A stretch of DNA of 64,000 bases from Phaeosaccion multiseriatum (GCA_965112735.1 OZ218953.1:248001-312000), one strand, 5' to 3'. Shown: positions 1 through 12,962, counted from the stretch's first letter. The notes: generated by a model not told the origin, from the sequence alone. Translations and numbers: made by a program.

Positions 1-203
1 GGTCCCAAGGCCCGCCTCCGCACTTGCAGCCATCCTTGCCCCTCTCCTGCCTGTTGCTGTTGCTGCTGCTGGTGCTGCTGCTGATACTGCTGCTGCTTCT
101 GCTGCTGCTGCTGCTGCTGCTGGCTCCTCTCGCGCTGCTGCTTCTGGCGTCGCTCCTGTCTCAGGTGCTGCACCCACGAAGAGCGGGCCGCTGCCTGTGC
201 CAT
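1..203 (-). CDS. Possible 5' end of a gene running off the window (MAQAAARSSWVQHLRQERRQKQQ..., Ser-rich)
   Basis: ATG at 203 on the minus strand with an open frame to the window edge, divergent from the gene starting at 326. No recognisable domain. Confidence 0.3.
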   Translation of the reverse strand, partial: MAQAAARSSWVQHLRQERRQKQQRERSQQQQQQQQKQQQYQQQHQQQQQQQAGEGQGWLQVRRRALG

Positions 204-325
204 ATGCCGGGCATGTGTGATGGAAGGTTCATGTTCATGTGTTGGGTATTCAAGTGCCTGGCGACGATGCGAGACTACTCGCTCCCTTGCTCCCTTTCTC
301 TTTCCTCTCTCTTGATGTAGTCTTG

Positions 326-1524
326 ATGTTCGACTTCAGTAGGGGGCTTCAAAGCAGATTACAGGAAGCGGCCACGGGACTGGGACTTGATCAGCTCGGC
401 AACCTCGACGCTTTGCAAGCGCAACAGGAGTCAGAGGGTGCAGAAGGAGTAGGAGGTGGTGGAAGCGCTCGGGTTTCCTCGAAGACGGCTCTCGCTGCTG
501 CTTCGAAAGGCGACAGACGCGCCTCGGCGCCGAATATGCGAGACAATGGTGGGGAGAACTCCGACGAGGAAGATTGGACCCGACCTAGGCGGGGGGGGGC
601 GACAGGGACGTCGTCTCTCCGTGCGGCGCGTGAAGGAGGAGTGGGGGGGGGGGAGGGGGGGGGAGGAGGAGGAGGAGGAGGGGGAGGAGGAGTAGGAGCA
701 GAAGGTGGTTCTGCGCTTTCGGATGATGAAGATGACGGCGACGACCCAATTCTAGCCGAGATTCGCGGCACGAAAGGGGCGGGCAAGCAGCAGCAGAAGA
801 TGGAGATTTCGGGACCAACTGCGGGAGAGGGAGACGTAGAGGGAGGGAGCACGAGGGAAGAGAGGAACGGGGGTGGTGCACGCTTTGCGGCGCAGGCCTC
901 TGAGGTTTTGGGGGGCATTTCAGAAACCGGCCAAGCCATCTCCGGGAGAATCTTAAGTCTCCTGCCGGGCAGAGAAGGGACAGGAGCAGCGGTGGCAAGC
1001 GGAGCTCCTGCTAGTACTGGCGCCGGGGGGTCGTGGCTGCCAATGTCGATCGGCGGTGCAGCGGAACCTGCTCCGGCGGGGGGTTTGGGCCTTTTCGGTC
1101 GCATCCGGAGCCAACTCGTCAAGCAGGAGCAGGTAAGGGTGTGCCTCGCAGGGGCGTGTGCGTGTGCAGGAGGCCTGGTAGACCTCCTGCTTACGTGCTC
1201 CTTCCCCCTTCTTCCTCCCCTCCCCCCCTCCTCCCACCCCGCTGGGGGTGGCAGCAGCCTCAAGCCCAATCACTCAAGCGCAATGCACCGGGCGACGTCC
1301 CTACCACCACCACGGCGAGCTCTCTGCTCACGGATGAGGAGCGTGCGCAGCTTAGCAGCCTCTCTGCGGGCGCGTCATCCTCCGCTGGAAACATGTGCTG
1401 CTGCGGAGGGCGGCTACGCAAGAGGGGAAAGGTTGTGGTTTTTGTTGCAGCGGTGGCAGGCGTCATGCTGCTGTACCTGGTTTTTTCAAGAGGCGGATTG
1501 ACGCGATTCTCCCCCTCGAGCTAA
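326..1524 (+). CDS. Hypothetical tail-anchored membrane protein (2 exons)
   Basis: Exon 1 is 326-1132 (MFDFSRGLQSRLQEAA...). A phase-0 intron GTAAGG...CAG runs 1133 to ~1254/1257. Exon 2 ends ...NMCCCGGRLRKRGKVVVFVAAVAGVMLLYLVFSRGG..., i.e. a basic patch followed by a single C-terminal TM helix. Confidence 0.65.
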
Positions 1525-1658
1525 GAGTATACAAGTATTTACTTGGGTCGTCTGGACAGTTTTCGTAGCGGGAAGACCGCTTGAATTCTCTACCGCAGCC
1601 TACGATTTCCTCTCTCGCGGAATGAAACAAGCGTGTGAGTCTCTGCACTGCCCATCGG

Positions 1659-3602
1659 TCAGCCCGCCTCTGCACCGTGCGCATTGCTTCTCCGCTGCCC
1701 CGTGCCCAGGTTGCGTTTCACTCGCTGCTTACTCTGACTCTCCACGCTCGCCAAGGCTCGCTGTAAAGCCGCCAGGGAGGGCCGAACGCCACTGAACTTG
1801 GGCTTCTCTCGTCCGTGCGGCTGACGTGCCCCGCTCCCAGGAGCCCTGCCTCCGAGCGGTGAAGGCCCTCCTCCTCCTCCTCCCCCTCCCCTCATGCGCT
1901 GGCGGTGGGCGTTGTGGTGCGACCCGATCTTCGCGGCTGCACTCGTGGCCGTGCTCTCCGGTGCCCTCCTTCTCCGACTGCTGCTGCTGCTGCTGCTGCT
2001 GCTTCTGCTGGCCTCTTCTACGGGCACCCCTGCGATCTTCCTGAGGAACGTCACACCCTTCATGACTCTCTGGACGGCGTGTATCCGGCTGCTGTCCGTG
2101 GCCATGAGCCCGATTACGCCTCCCGCCAGACTGTGCGGACATTGCACAGAGGTGAAGAGAAGAGCAGTTGTTTGAGTGTGGCCCTCTCCCACAGTAGCTA
2201 GTACGGTGCGATTGCATACCTGTTGACGAGGGTGAAGATGGTGCCTGTTCTGGAGTGGAGGTCGAAGGAGACGCCTTCCATACGGCAGAGCTTGAAGAAG
2301 GACGCGTGCCGTACGGTGCACAGCCCCGGATGGTGTATGTAGTCCACGTGCACGTAGTGATTCGGCCCGGCCTGCCCACCCGCCCTCGTCGCGGTCTCCG
2401 CCTCCACCCCTGCAACCCCCTGCTGCCCTCCGACCGAAGCACCCGTCAGTACGCTGAGCGCAGAAGCGATAGCCGGCCCCCCTCTCCGGTCACCGAGCGG
2501 CCCCGCCCCGCCCTCTCCGGCCGCAGAGGTCTCGCTGCGGGACAACGCCAGGAAGAACATATGCGAGCAAGCGGGGCGGCTGAGGAAGAGCTCTACCCCA
2601 GTGCCCCAGAGCCGCTCCGTGCTTCTCTTGGCGTCCCAGAAGGCGTCGAAGTACACGCTCACGTATCCCATCACGCCCTTGGCGGACAGGGCTTTGCCCA
2701 TGGCCACTGCGGCGCTGCGGAGGGCCCCGCTCGGGACGGCTTGTTGGGGGTACATTGAGCCCACTCGTGCGTGGTGCTCGTCCACAAGCAACTGCGTGGT
2801 CACATACACACGTACACAGCCACACACACACACACACGCGCGCGCACATCGCCTGAGACAGACATTCTTGGAGCAACGGCCCCGCAAGGCCCCTTCCGCC
2901 CTCCACACCTCTGACGCACCTCTGCCTCGCTGAGCACCTCGACGCCTCCCTGTGGGTCAATGAGAAGACTGGCCATGGGGCGGCCCAGTAGGTTCGGCGC
3001 CTGCGCTTCGATCACACCCCCCATGCGCATCATGTGGCAGTGGTACTCGCGCCAGCTGCTGTACACCTCAGGACAGCACACCACGGCACTCCTGGGAGAG
3101 AGTGAGGTCAGTCGACGCAAGCGTGTGCGTGTGAGGGTGAGTGGAAGAGAGGGTGCCGTGCTTTCGGACTTCAACTCACGTGGAGAGTCTCGCAGAGAGC
3201 TCTTTGAGGACTCTGGCTCTGACTTGTAATTGCACCTCCGAGCTGTTCCACGTTTCCACTGCACCGTCTCTCTGCAGCAGGGGGGGGGAGGGGGGGGGGC
3301 GGATCAGCTTGTGGGTTGTTCTTGTTAGCGGTACGTAGACATGCAGGACTTACGGCTTGTCCGTTGAGCAGAGCAGCTTTCTCCTTCCTCAGCTGCTGTA
3401 TACACGGAAGCTCATTCACGTCCAGGTACGCCACACCGCGGTGCTCAAACGCAATGTCGATGCGGAAGATCCACCGCTGAAGGGGTCACGAAGGATTTGG
3501 TAAGAGGGGGCTGTACGGGACGTGACGGCACGTACGCACACTCACACACAGACACACACACGCACACACACTCACACACACATACACACACACACTCACT
3601 CA

Positions 3603-3679
<77 letters not shown>

Positions 3680-6092
3680 GCACGTCGACGTGTCCTGCCA
3701 CGAGCTTGGTGAGCGCCACCAAGAAGCCCTTCTCGTCGTAAATATCATGGCAGCCGATGGGCACGTTCACGTCGGCCCCTGCGAAGACTTTCTTGGTCGC
3801 GCTCACCGTGGAGAGCGCCTCGCACACGGCAGGGTCGGCAGAGAGCAGGGGCAGGCGCAGTGCGAGGGCCAGTCGCCGCTCCTGCCAGCCCACCAGACCA
3901 GGCACGATGAAAGCCGGCCGACCCTTCACGAGGGTGGCGATACGTGCCATGGCCTGCGACGCGGTGGGAGACGGAGGGAGCTCACAGTCAGGGCTACGTC
4001 ATCGGCACACCATCTCTGCTTGGTGTGGAGAGGGAGAAGCTTACCCGGGGCGAGTACAGCAGGAGAGACGCCAGAGGCAGGTGGGCAGGGAACAGACTGT
4101 GATGCTCAGGCACCACGACATGCAGGCGGTGGGCCACCCCCTCCACCCCGGCCAGCTCCAGGATCTTCTGGTGGTATTGCAACACGGCCTGCGGGAGGGG
4201 GCTCGGCGACACATACACCACGTGCGTGTTCTCGTCTTGCGCCAGGGTGGAGAGGCGCGAGAGCTGTAGGTTCTGCACAGAGTCGAAGTTGCGCTCTCCG
4301 AGGCGGAAGGCCTCGTCCATGGCCAGCGAAGGGAGGTGGACAATCACCTTCTCCTGTGGGGATGGACACAGTCGGCAGGCGGGGCCGTAAGTAGAAGGGT
4401 AGTGCGCCTGCCTCTCCACGCTGCACCACCGCACCTTGTGTTGGCTCAGATCAGTCCAGTTGCTGCGGAGGCTGTCCTGCAGGCTGCTCCACTCCTGTGC
4501 AGCGGTTTCCTTGTCCAGCTGGAGCAGCCACGTGGCCCTCACTCGCCCCAGATGACCTCTGCTCAGCGCCTGTATGTACGTCGCCGCTATCCGCTGCCGC
4601 ACATGAGCTTGAAATCTCCTGAGGCTGATGTACCGCCGCATGCACGCCTGGATAAGGATGGCTGCCGCTGCTTTCCGCTTGAGACCCGGCTGAGGCATGC
4701 GCAGATGCTTCAGGAGAGGCTCCACCTGGTGGGGACAAGAGAGGTGTCACGGCGTCACGGAAGGGAGACGAGCATGCGTGACACCGAAAGGGGAGAGAAG
4801 TACATTAACTGCATGCATAGACAGTCTGGAAGGCCATATCGATCACCCACTTGGTCGATGTTGGCCACGGTGCTGAGTACAGTCTTGACGTCCAGGCGCT
4901 CCATGTCGAAGGAAATGGCCTGCGCCAGCTTTCGTCCGTCGATAATGGCCATGGGCACCTTGTTCCTCTTCATCAGGCTTTCCAGCATGGACGTGCATCT
5001 ACAAGGCGCAGAGGGGAGGAGAAGCCTTGAGGAGGGGGCTAGCCCTGCCTCAACCTGTGTCGTCCTTCTCACCTGGAAATTGAGCCCCAACAGTCTGCGT
5101 AGGTTCTCTGGAACGAGGCGAACTCGGGTGTCTCGTGGACGATCTTCCCCTTCCAGATGATGAAATGGTGCAGAGAGAACTCGTCCAGGAGGTCCAAGTA
5201 ACCGCGAATCTGGTCCATTTCGGTCTGTGTCAAGAGAAGGAGGACGAGGAGAGAAAGTGAGAGGGCGAGCGAGTTGTTGGCGGGATGGAGGGGAGACCCT
5301 TTCCACACAGACCTTGACCAGGGCCTCCGAGGAGGAGACGGACACCTCCGTAGAAGCTCCTTTCCCACTGGGTGCTGCTCCGTCCAGGGCTTGTTCGAGG
5401 GGGGGCGCATTCTGAGCCGGACTATCTGACAGCGTGGGGGGGACTGTCGCCCCACCTGCCGAGTCATGCCCCTGCTGTTGCTGGTTCGCATCACAAGCTT
5501 CCTCGCCTGCGCCGGTGGGGTACATAACTTTTTCGGACATGTCATCTCCGCTGTCGTGGCAGTCGCTCAGCTTGTCGCTTCGGTCGTAGTAGTCTCCCTT
5601 TCGCTGCCCTCGAGGAAGGCCACCCTCGGAATCGCCGTCATCGACACGTGTGTCATAGCGTGCCACGGCATTCTGGCCACTTCCCGTCACAATCCGACCC
5701 GCCGATGCCTTCGCTGCGGCACCCAGGGTACCATTCACGAGCGCTACAGCCCCGTGCTTGAACGATTGCCGCATCACCTGCTCTGAGAGAGCACATGATG
5801 GGTCGGCCTGCTGCTGCTCCTGCTGTTGCACCGCACTATTGCGCTGCTCTCTCAGTCGGGCCATGCTCTGCCGTCTCCCGCTTTTGCCAAAGATTTTTTC
5901 TTTCCTAAGCGAGCTGTTGTGTCTTGGCTTGGTCGCCCCTTCCCTGTCTCTCGCGTTGCGGTGGGCGTCGCTCCGCTGCGGGTCTGTCGGCGAGCTATTG
6001 CCTTGCAGAGGAAGGGTGCGAGGTACTTGATCGAACAGATCCACAGCGCCCTGCTGCTGCCGCTGCTGCTGACGCGGTGGGTCGGGCGGCAT
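1659..6092 (-). CDS. IQCH: IQ motif-containing protein H (IQCH)-like, multi-exon
   Basis: Exons encode LLDEFSLHHFIIWKGKIVHETPEFASF, IQ motifs (AAAILIQACMRRY, AATYIQALSRGHLGR), VIVHLPSL...QNLQLSRL, HVVYVSP, WIFRIDIAFEHRGVAYLDV and GGVIEA; these blocks match my recollection of the IQCH family. The start (MPPDPP at 6092) is approximate. Confidence 0.8.
3536..3677. repeat. (CA)n microsatellite in an IQCH intron
   Basis: Near-pure CA run immediately adjacent to an exon boundary. Confidence 0.95.
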
Positions 6093-6849
6093 CCCCACTC
6101 TCCCGTGCCGGTAGGCCGAGATGTGGTTGAAAAAAAGAAAACGAAACTGTGAGGCACCGCCATCTGTGAGGTCGCGCGCGCTCAAGGAACTCAAACTCAA
6201 ACTTGTGGCGGGGGTATTTTTCCCTTTTTTCTTTTTTCTTCTTTTTTTCCTTCGGGCCAGCCCTATTAAGCACGATATTCGCCTTTTTTCTCCGTCTAAT
6301 AACATTAAAAATTATAATCGCTTTAGGTACAGACAAAAGCTAAAGGATTGTCTACGATAATATATACTTCGCCGAGTGAACCAATCATTCGGCACTAATC
6401 CAAAACAAAAATTGTGCAGAGCCTCCGATCTCTGCACATAGGGCTGGCTCCTGCTCCTTTGGTTCGCTACAACCCTCCTTTCCACTGCTGCGCTTGCAAG
6501 AAAATAGCCCATCGCAAGGAGGGGGGTCTATGTTGGCTTTTGGTGCTGTGCGATAAAAGGGAAATTGCGGCCGCTCTCCCGGCTCCTCTCCTGGACCGAA
6601 AGGCGGAGAGGAAGATGGGAGATTGGGAGTGAATGCGAACCTGCTGCTCTACCCCCTGCTTCCCAAGAAAGCAAGGCGCCTATGAGTCGTTGCTCCGGGG
6701 TGGTGAGTAGAGAAGTTGGGTACTGGAAGGGTCCCTGCCGGGGTACGAAGGGTCCAACCCACCGTCACCCACCAGCCTGCCGTCCCCCGACCCGTCCATC
6801 CCCCCGCCACTGGTAGGAGCCGTTCTTGAGTTCTCCACCCCTAGTGGCT

Positions 6850-9800
6850 TCGAAACAGACGACGACGTATCCTCAGCGGCTGTTGGAGCAGAGGTTGGAG
6901 CATCGGTTGTTGCCGTCGATATCGTCTGAAAAAAGAAGGAAGAATCAGGACAAGCAAAGCATAGCGTGAGACAGCAAAGTCCAGTTTGCGCACGTCCAGC
7001 CAGGGGTCAGCCTCCGTCGAATTCCGTCGAATTACCAAGGCACACTTCGGAGGACAAGACATGGGTGGCCCAAGGAAATCACTCTCATTAACACCTACCT
7101 CCGTAGGCGCCGCTGTTGTCGGAGCTGGCGTTGTTGCTGCTGTTGGTGCAGCGGTGGGTGCCTGGCGAACGGAGAGGACACAGAGAATCGAGAGTACGAG
7201 TAAAAGACAGGACGGGGGGGGAGGGATGGATGAATGGATAAGAACACATGAAAAAAACACAGAGAGCAAGCTGGAAGGCCAGCCGCATGAGTACCTACCT
7301 CCGTAGGCACCGCTGTTGGAGCTGCTGTTGGGGCTGCTGTTGGCGCTACTGTTGGTGGAGCGGTTTGGGCCTGACAGAAGAAAAAGAGGGGTCACAAGAT
7401 GAGTTTTTTTAGTCATAAACCCCGCAAAAATATCAGCAGGCGGGCTCAACAGCGATGTGCTCAACAAACATCTGCGTCAAGCCTCAATACACATGTTCAA
7501 ACGAATCAACACGTCAGAGCCGAGGAGGATGGGCCCAAGGCAAACAGCACCGTCGCGTACCTCCGTTGGAGCCTCCGTTGGAGGCTCCGTAGGAGAAAGA
7601 GTGGGAGGTGATGTGGGTGGAGAAGTCGGCCGAGGAGTACGAGGGGCTCGCGTTGGTTGAGTGGTCGGTGCCTGGCGAAGGGAGAGGGAAGACAGAAAAG
7701 ACAAGAAAACACCCGAAAGACAAGGCAGGGGCATGGGGCGAGGGTGAGTGAGTGAGTGCACCAGTGAGTAGCGCCAACCAGCCCAGAGGCAAGTATCCTC
7801 CGGATACCTACCTCCGTAGGAAAAACAGTAGGCGGATTGATTGGTGGAGAAGTTGGTGGAGAAGTCGACAGAGGGGTGGGAGCTCTTGTGGGGGGTGATG
7901 TTCGCTCAGGCGTAGGAGGAGTGGTGGGAGCTCTTGTGGGGGTTGATGTTGGCACAGGCGTGGGAGGTGTGGTGGGAGCCCTTGTGGGGGGTGATGATGG
8001 CACGGGCGTGGGAGGAGAGGTGGGAGCCCTTGTGGGGGGTGATGATGGCACAGGTGTGGGAGGAGAGGTGGGAGCCCTTGTGGGGGGTGATGATGGCACA
8101 GGCGTGGGAGGAGAGGTGGGAGCCCTTGTGGGGGGTGATGTTGGTGAAGTGGTCGGCGGCTAGCGAGGACAGAAACGATAGAGCAAAGAGGGGAAGCGGA
8201 ATGGTTTGAGACAGCCACAGCAGGCGGGGGTGAGTGAGGGAGTGAGTGAGTGAGTGAGTGAGCCGCAGCAGGGTCAACCAGCCCCAACCAGCCCAAGGCA
8301 CGCATCCTCCCGAGCTTACCTCCGTAGGAAGAGGAGTAGGTGGGTTGGTTGGTGGAGAAGTCGGCCGACGAGTACGGGTTGCCGTCGGTCGAGGGGTGGG
8401 AGCGCTTGTAGGGGGCGATGTTGGCACAGGCGTGGGAGGAGTGGTGGGAGCCCTTGTGGGGGGTGGTGTCGGTGAAGTGGTCGGCGGCTGGCGAAGGGAG
8501 AGGGAAGAAAGAAACGAGGAGAGAGTAAGCGGAAGAAGGAAGGGGAATGGATTGAGACAGCCGCATGAGCCGAGGGTGAGTGAGTGAGTGAGCGAGTGAG
8601 TGAGCAGCAGCAGGGTCAACCAGCTCCAGGCAAGCATGCTCCCGAGCTTACATCCGTAGGAGGAGGAGTAGGTGGGTTGGTTGGTGGAGAAGTCGGCCTA
8701 CGAGTACGGGTTGCCGTCGGTCGAGGGGTGGGAGCGCTTGTAGGGGGCGATGTTGGCACAGGCGTGGGAGGAGTGGTGGGAGCCCTTGTGGGGGGTGGTG
8801 TCGGTGAAGTGGTGGGCGGCTGGCGAAGGAAGAGGGAAGATAGAAACGAGAAGAGAGTAAGCGGAAGAAGGAAAGGGGATGGATTGAGACAGCCGGAGGA
8901 GGAGGTGGCAGGACAAGAATCTTACTCCATGAACGAACACTACAAGCAGGGATGTGCACACACACACATACACACACACACACATAGCAACAGGACGAAA
9001 CGGATATAATCGCTACAACTCTGGACGCAGGGCTTTGTCCAACACTTACTCGCGTAGGCGCCACAGTCGGAGGCCGCGTAGGTGCCACAGTCGGACGTCG
9101 CGTAGGCGGGACCGTGGGTGGCTGAAGCGACACAGACAGAGGAGGCACATCAAGGCGTTACTACCCAGCGTGGCACAACGCAACTCCCCCCCACACAGCG
9201 GAATGCACACACCAGCACCGAGGTTCGGGCCCTTCACACACACTCACACTCACGCATATACACACACAGGGAACGGATCCAATCGCTCTAACGCAGAGTG
9301 AGAGCAAGGCTTTGTCCAACACTTACTTGGGTAGGCGGCACAGTCGGAGGCCGGGTAGGTGCCACAGTCGGAGGCCGCGTAGGTGCCACAGTCGGAGGCG
9401 GCGTAGGTGCCACAGTCGGAGGCCGCGTAGGTGCCACAGTCGGAGGTGGCGTGGGCGGGACTGTGGGCGGCTGAAACGGCACAGACACAGGAGGCACGTC
9501 AAGGCGTTAATACCTAGAGCGCTGCACGAGGTACAAGACAACTAACTGTATTCGATCCCCGAACACAACTCTGCAAAAAAAGGGCCAGACAGCGGGATGC
9601 ACACAACAGCAAGCAGCACCTCCTCCCCTCACCCCATGAACGGACACTACAAAAGGATGCCCCGCCATGCACACACATCTTGCTACTTTGGACAGCACAC
9701 CGATGGCTCTCAGTCCGTAAACAACAGCCAATACTAACTTGAGTAGGCGCCACAGTCGGAGGCCGCGTAGGTGCCACAGTCGGAGGTCGCGTAGGCGGGA

Positions 9801-10145
9801 CCGTGGGTGGCTGAAGCGGCACAGACAGAGGAGGCACATCAAGGCGTTACTACGGAGTGTTGCAAGACGTAAAACTGGAAGGGATGCATGCACACGCCAG
9901 GAGAGGCACGAGTCGAGGTTCACGCCCTTACACACACGCATGCATACACACACATCGGACAACATACTGGAACGAATTCAATCGCTCTCACTCTGAGCGC
10001 AGGGCTTTTGTCCAAACATACCTGAGTAGGCGGCACAGTTGGAGCTCGCGTAGGTGCCACAGTCGGAGGTGGCGTAGGCGGGACCGTGGGTGGCTGAAAT
10101 GGCACACACACAGGAGGCACGTCAAGGTGTTAACACCCAGAACGT

Positions 10146-10188
<43 letters not shown>

Positions 10189-11091
10189 CATCACACACAT
10201 ACACATGTGCGACCGGAACTGAGCCAGTCGCTCTCATCTGAGCGCAGGGCTTTGTCCAAACTTACCTGAGTAGGCGGGACCGTGGGCGGCTGAAACGGCA
10301 CGAGACAGAGGAGGCACGTCACGGTGTTAACACCCAGAACGCACACACGCACAAACACACACACACATATGTGCGACCGGAACGGATCCAATCGCTCTCA
10401 CACTTTCGCCTAAAACTTACTTGAGTAGGTGCCACAGTCGGAGGTGGCGTAGCTGGGACCGTGGGCGGCTGAAGCGGCACAGACAGAGGAGGCACGTCAA
10501 GGCGTTCAGAAAAGTGCATTCGAGGCTCGAGCTCACTCCGCCAAAAAAAGGCCGAGAGAGGGGTGCACACACCAACAGCAGCAGCTGCAGAGTGTAATCA
10601 CACCAGGCTGGGTTGTTTCACCACACACACATGTACCAGACCACAGGAAGGAACCGATCCAATCGCTAAAAGTGAGAGCAGGGCTGTGCCTAACACTTAC
10701 TCGAGTAGGCGTCGCAGTCGGAGGCTGCGTAGGCGTTGGAGTGAAGAAGCTGGAGACTGCCCGGTGCATCTCCCACTGCGCCGTCATGCGCTCCGTCTGC
10801 ATCGCAGTGGGGGAGGGGGGGGGGGGGGGGGTGAGGTTGCGCGCAAGGATTTTCGGCGGCGTGTCTTTGTTGCATAATACCTGTCCTGGCGTGAATTTGG
10901 ACCGGCACGCGTCGTAGCTATAGTCCATGTGGTTGTCTATAGGGTCATAGCCCGGCATGTTTGGACATGTGTCCATCAGTAGATTTGGACTGCCTGCGGG
11001 GCAGTACCCGCCCTGGTTCGCTTCAGCTTGAGCGGGGGTGTCGGCCACCAAGTCGCCTTCCGCGGAGCAGCCTGCTCCAGGGGGAAGAGCG

Positions 11092-11139
<48 letters not shown>

Positions 11140-12142
11140 GAAGCAGCAGCAGCGGCGGCGGCGGCAAGGGGTGAAAAGGGGCCCGACAGTGGGAGCGCAC
11201 AACGCACAACTCAATGCCGGGGGCGTGCATGGCATGCCTAACTCACCTCCATCCCACGTGTGATATAAGCCCATCCAGTGCCCCACTTCGTGCGTTAGGA
11301 TGCCGCCTGAGGGGGAGGACGGCATGTGGGTCAGAACGAGACGCAAGAACAAAAGCAGATAGATTCCCCATCGTTCTGTTGCTGTCGCTCACCTTCGTCA
11401 TACGCGGCCTCGTACTCTCTACGGCCGGGTAGAGTCCGGTAGTTGATGAGAACCAAGTCCTCAAAGGGCACCGTGGCACTCCCTGAGGGTTGTTATGGAG
11501 AGAAGGGGGCTGAGTGAGCATATGAGAAGTGTGGCAGAGACCAAGACAAAAGACTCGCAGGCACTCACCCGGCTTGTTGACAGTCACGCCCAGGTAGTCC
11601 AGGTCCTTCACAATCACGTTCAGCACGTGCCCCGGCGTTACCGTATTGCCCACATTGAACCGCCCTAACGAGTCCAATTCTGCCGCCGCGCTGAAAGCGG
11701 CGTCATCTGCGACGCGGTACGTCTCTAGCAGATTGAAGGAGAAAATGCCCGCAAAATCCGCGTTCAGCACGGCCACCTGGTCAGCAATCTCCTGCGCGCT
11801 CACCCATCCCAGCTGTCCATCGCTGGCCGTGACGGCGTGGATGTTGAGATCGACCTGAATCGATGACTGCAGCTGCCTATTGTTTGACTCCCTGTTGGCG
11901 CTCTTCCGATAGGTTTGGTACTCCTCCATCTGCCTCATTTCCTGCTCGCGCTCTTCCGCACTCGCTGGCCTGAAGTTGCAGATGGTGCTCTCTGGTGCCT
12001 GCCCCTCCCGCTGGAAGAAAAAATCTGAGCTTTCGCGGAAGGCCCCCAGGTGGTGCTGCACCTCGCGATGCCCTGCTACTCCCGAGAGCGGCCCCCCTGC
12101 GGCCACCACCACAGAGAACAAACATTCAAGCCGTCTCTTCAT
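6850..12142 (-). CDS. Secreted M43 (pappalysin/ulilysin-like) zinc metalloprotease with C-terminal Pro/Thr-rich mucin-like stalk
   Basis: N-terminal signal-like segment MKRRLECLFSVVVAAGG. Zinc motif THEVGHWMGLYHTW (HExxHxxGxxH), followed by DLVADTP and the Met-turn NHMDYSYDAC...FTPGQ. Many small P/T exons follow. The last exon starts at 6925, but the 3' end is uncertain. Confidence 0.88.
7099..10468 (-). repeat. Tandem array of duplicated exon-intron units encoding PPTV(A/P)PT and PTRAPTSPPT repeats
   Basis: Twelve small exons. Six share a near-identical acceptor region (consensus ...AACGCCTTGAYGTGCCTCCTCTGTCTGTGCCGCTTCAG). Two 168-nt exons (8320-8487 and 8652-8819) are near-identical together with their flanks. 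Confidence 0.9.
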
Positions 12143-12804
12143 TGGCGTGGGCAGCGTCCGCCGCCGCAGCGGCACGTTCCTTGTGCAGCTCGTACTTTCG
12201 CTGCCTCCCGCTCATCGAACGCCCTTCATCCACGTCGAATCTTTGCTGTCTCCCTGTTCCTCCTAAGTGCAGCCTTCTTGCCTTGCGCCGCAGAAGCTGC
12301 TATCGTCCTTTTTATACCTCGTGGTACGACGTGTGGTGTGGTTCATCATCTCGATCCATTCTCTCAAAGCAAGCGACTTAGAAAGGAAAAATGAATTGTT
12401 TTCGGAATTCTCCGCACCACTAAACGTGGCCTGACGCTCGATAGTATCGGGAATGCCGGTCACTGCGTATGATAGGCGGAGTGTGGTGTGGTGAGCAGTG
12501 GGGAGACGGCCCCAGACACGCCTAGCGGCCTAGCTACGCCTATTTTGGGAAGAGAGAGGGCGGCGACGCCCCCCCCCTATTTCCCGCCTATTCATAGAAT
12601 TTCTAGGCCGCCGCTATGTATGAAGGACCCCAACTGACAACGGCAATCCGGATTCGAACATGCCCTTTTTCCCTCTATTTTTTTTTCTATGCTCTAGGCC
12701 CTAGGCCGAGCGGCCTACGCCCGCTCTAGGCCTAGGCCGGCGGCCGTTGGCCGCTCTAGGGCGGCCATTTTTTCTCCCTAGGCCGGCGGTTCTAGGCCTA
12801 GGCC

Positions 12805-12962
12805 TCGACCTATCTGATTAGTAATTAGCTACGGCCGGCCGGCGCAGCCGGCCTGATTACTGATTATGACCGGCGCCAGCCGGCCTGAGTACTGATTATG
12901 CGCCAGCCGGGTGCTGATTACTGATTACGGCCGGCGCACACCGTAATCTTGTCCAGGGTCGA
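12805..12962. mobile_element. Degenerate copy of the MITE-like element (left TIR reduced to TCGACC)
   Basis: Shares internal CTGATTACTGATTA/GCCGGCG subrepeats and the right end CGGCCGGCGCACACCGTAATCTTGTCCAGGGTCGA with the 13842-14031 copy. Confidence 0.6.

Noticed and set aside
3497-4394. His/Thr-repeat ORFs
   Set aside because: They are translations of an intronic (CA)n tract antisense to IQCH.
9000-10500. Regularly spaced repeats resembling a CRISPR array
   Set aside because: The repeats are coding exons plus splice acceptors in a eukaryotic gene. The spacers are related introns, and no cas genes are present.
11090-11165. Poly-Ala/Gln coding insertion in the protease
   Set aside because: The CAG/GCA tract lies inside a GT-AG intron between the HExxH exon and the next exon.
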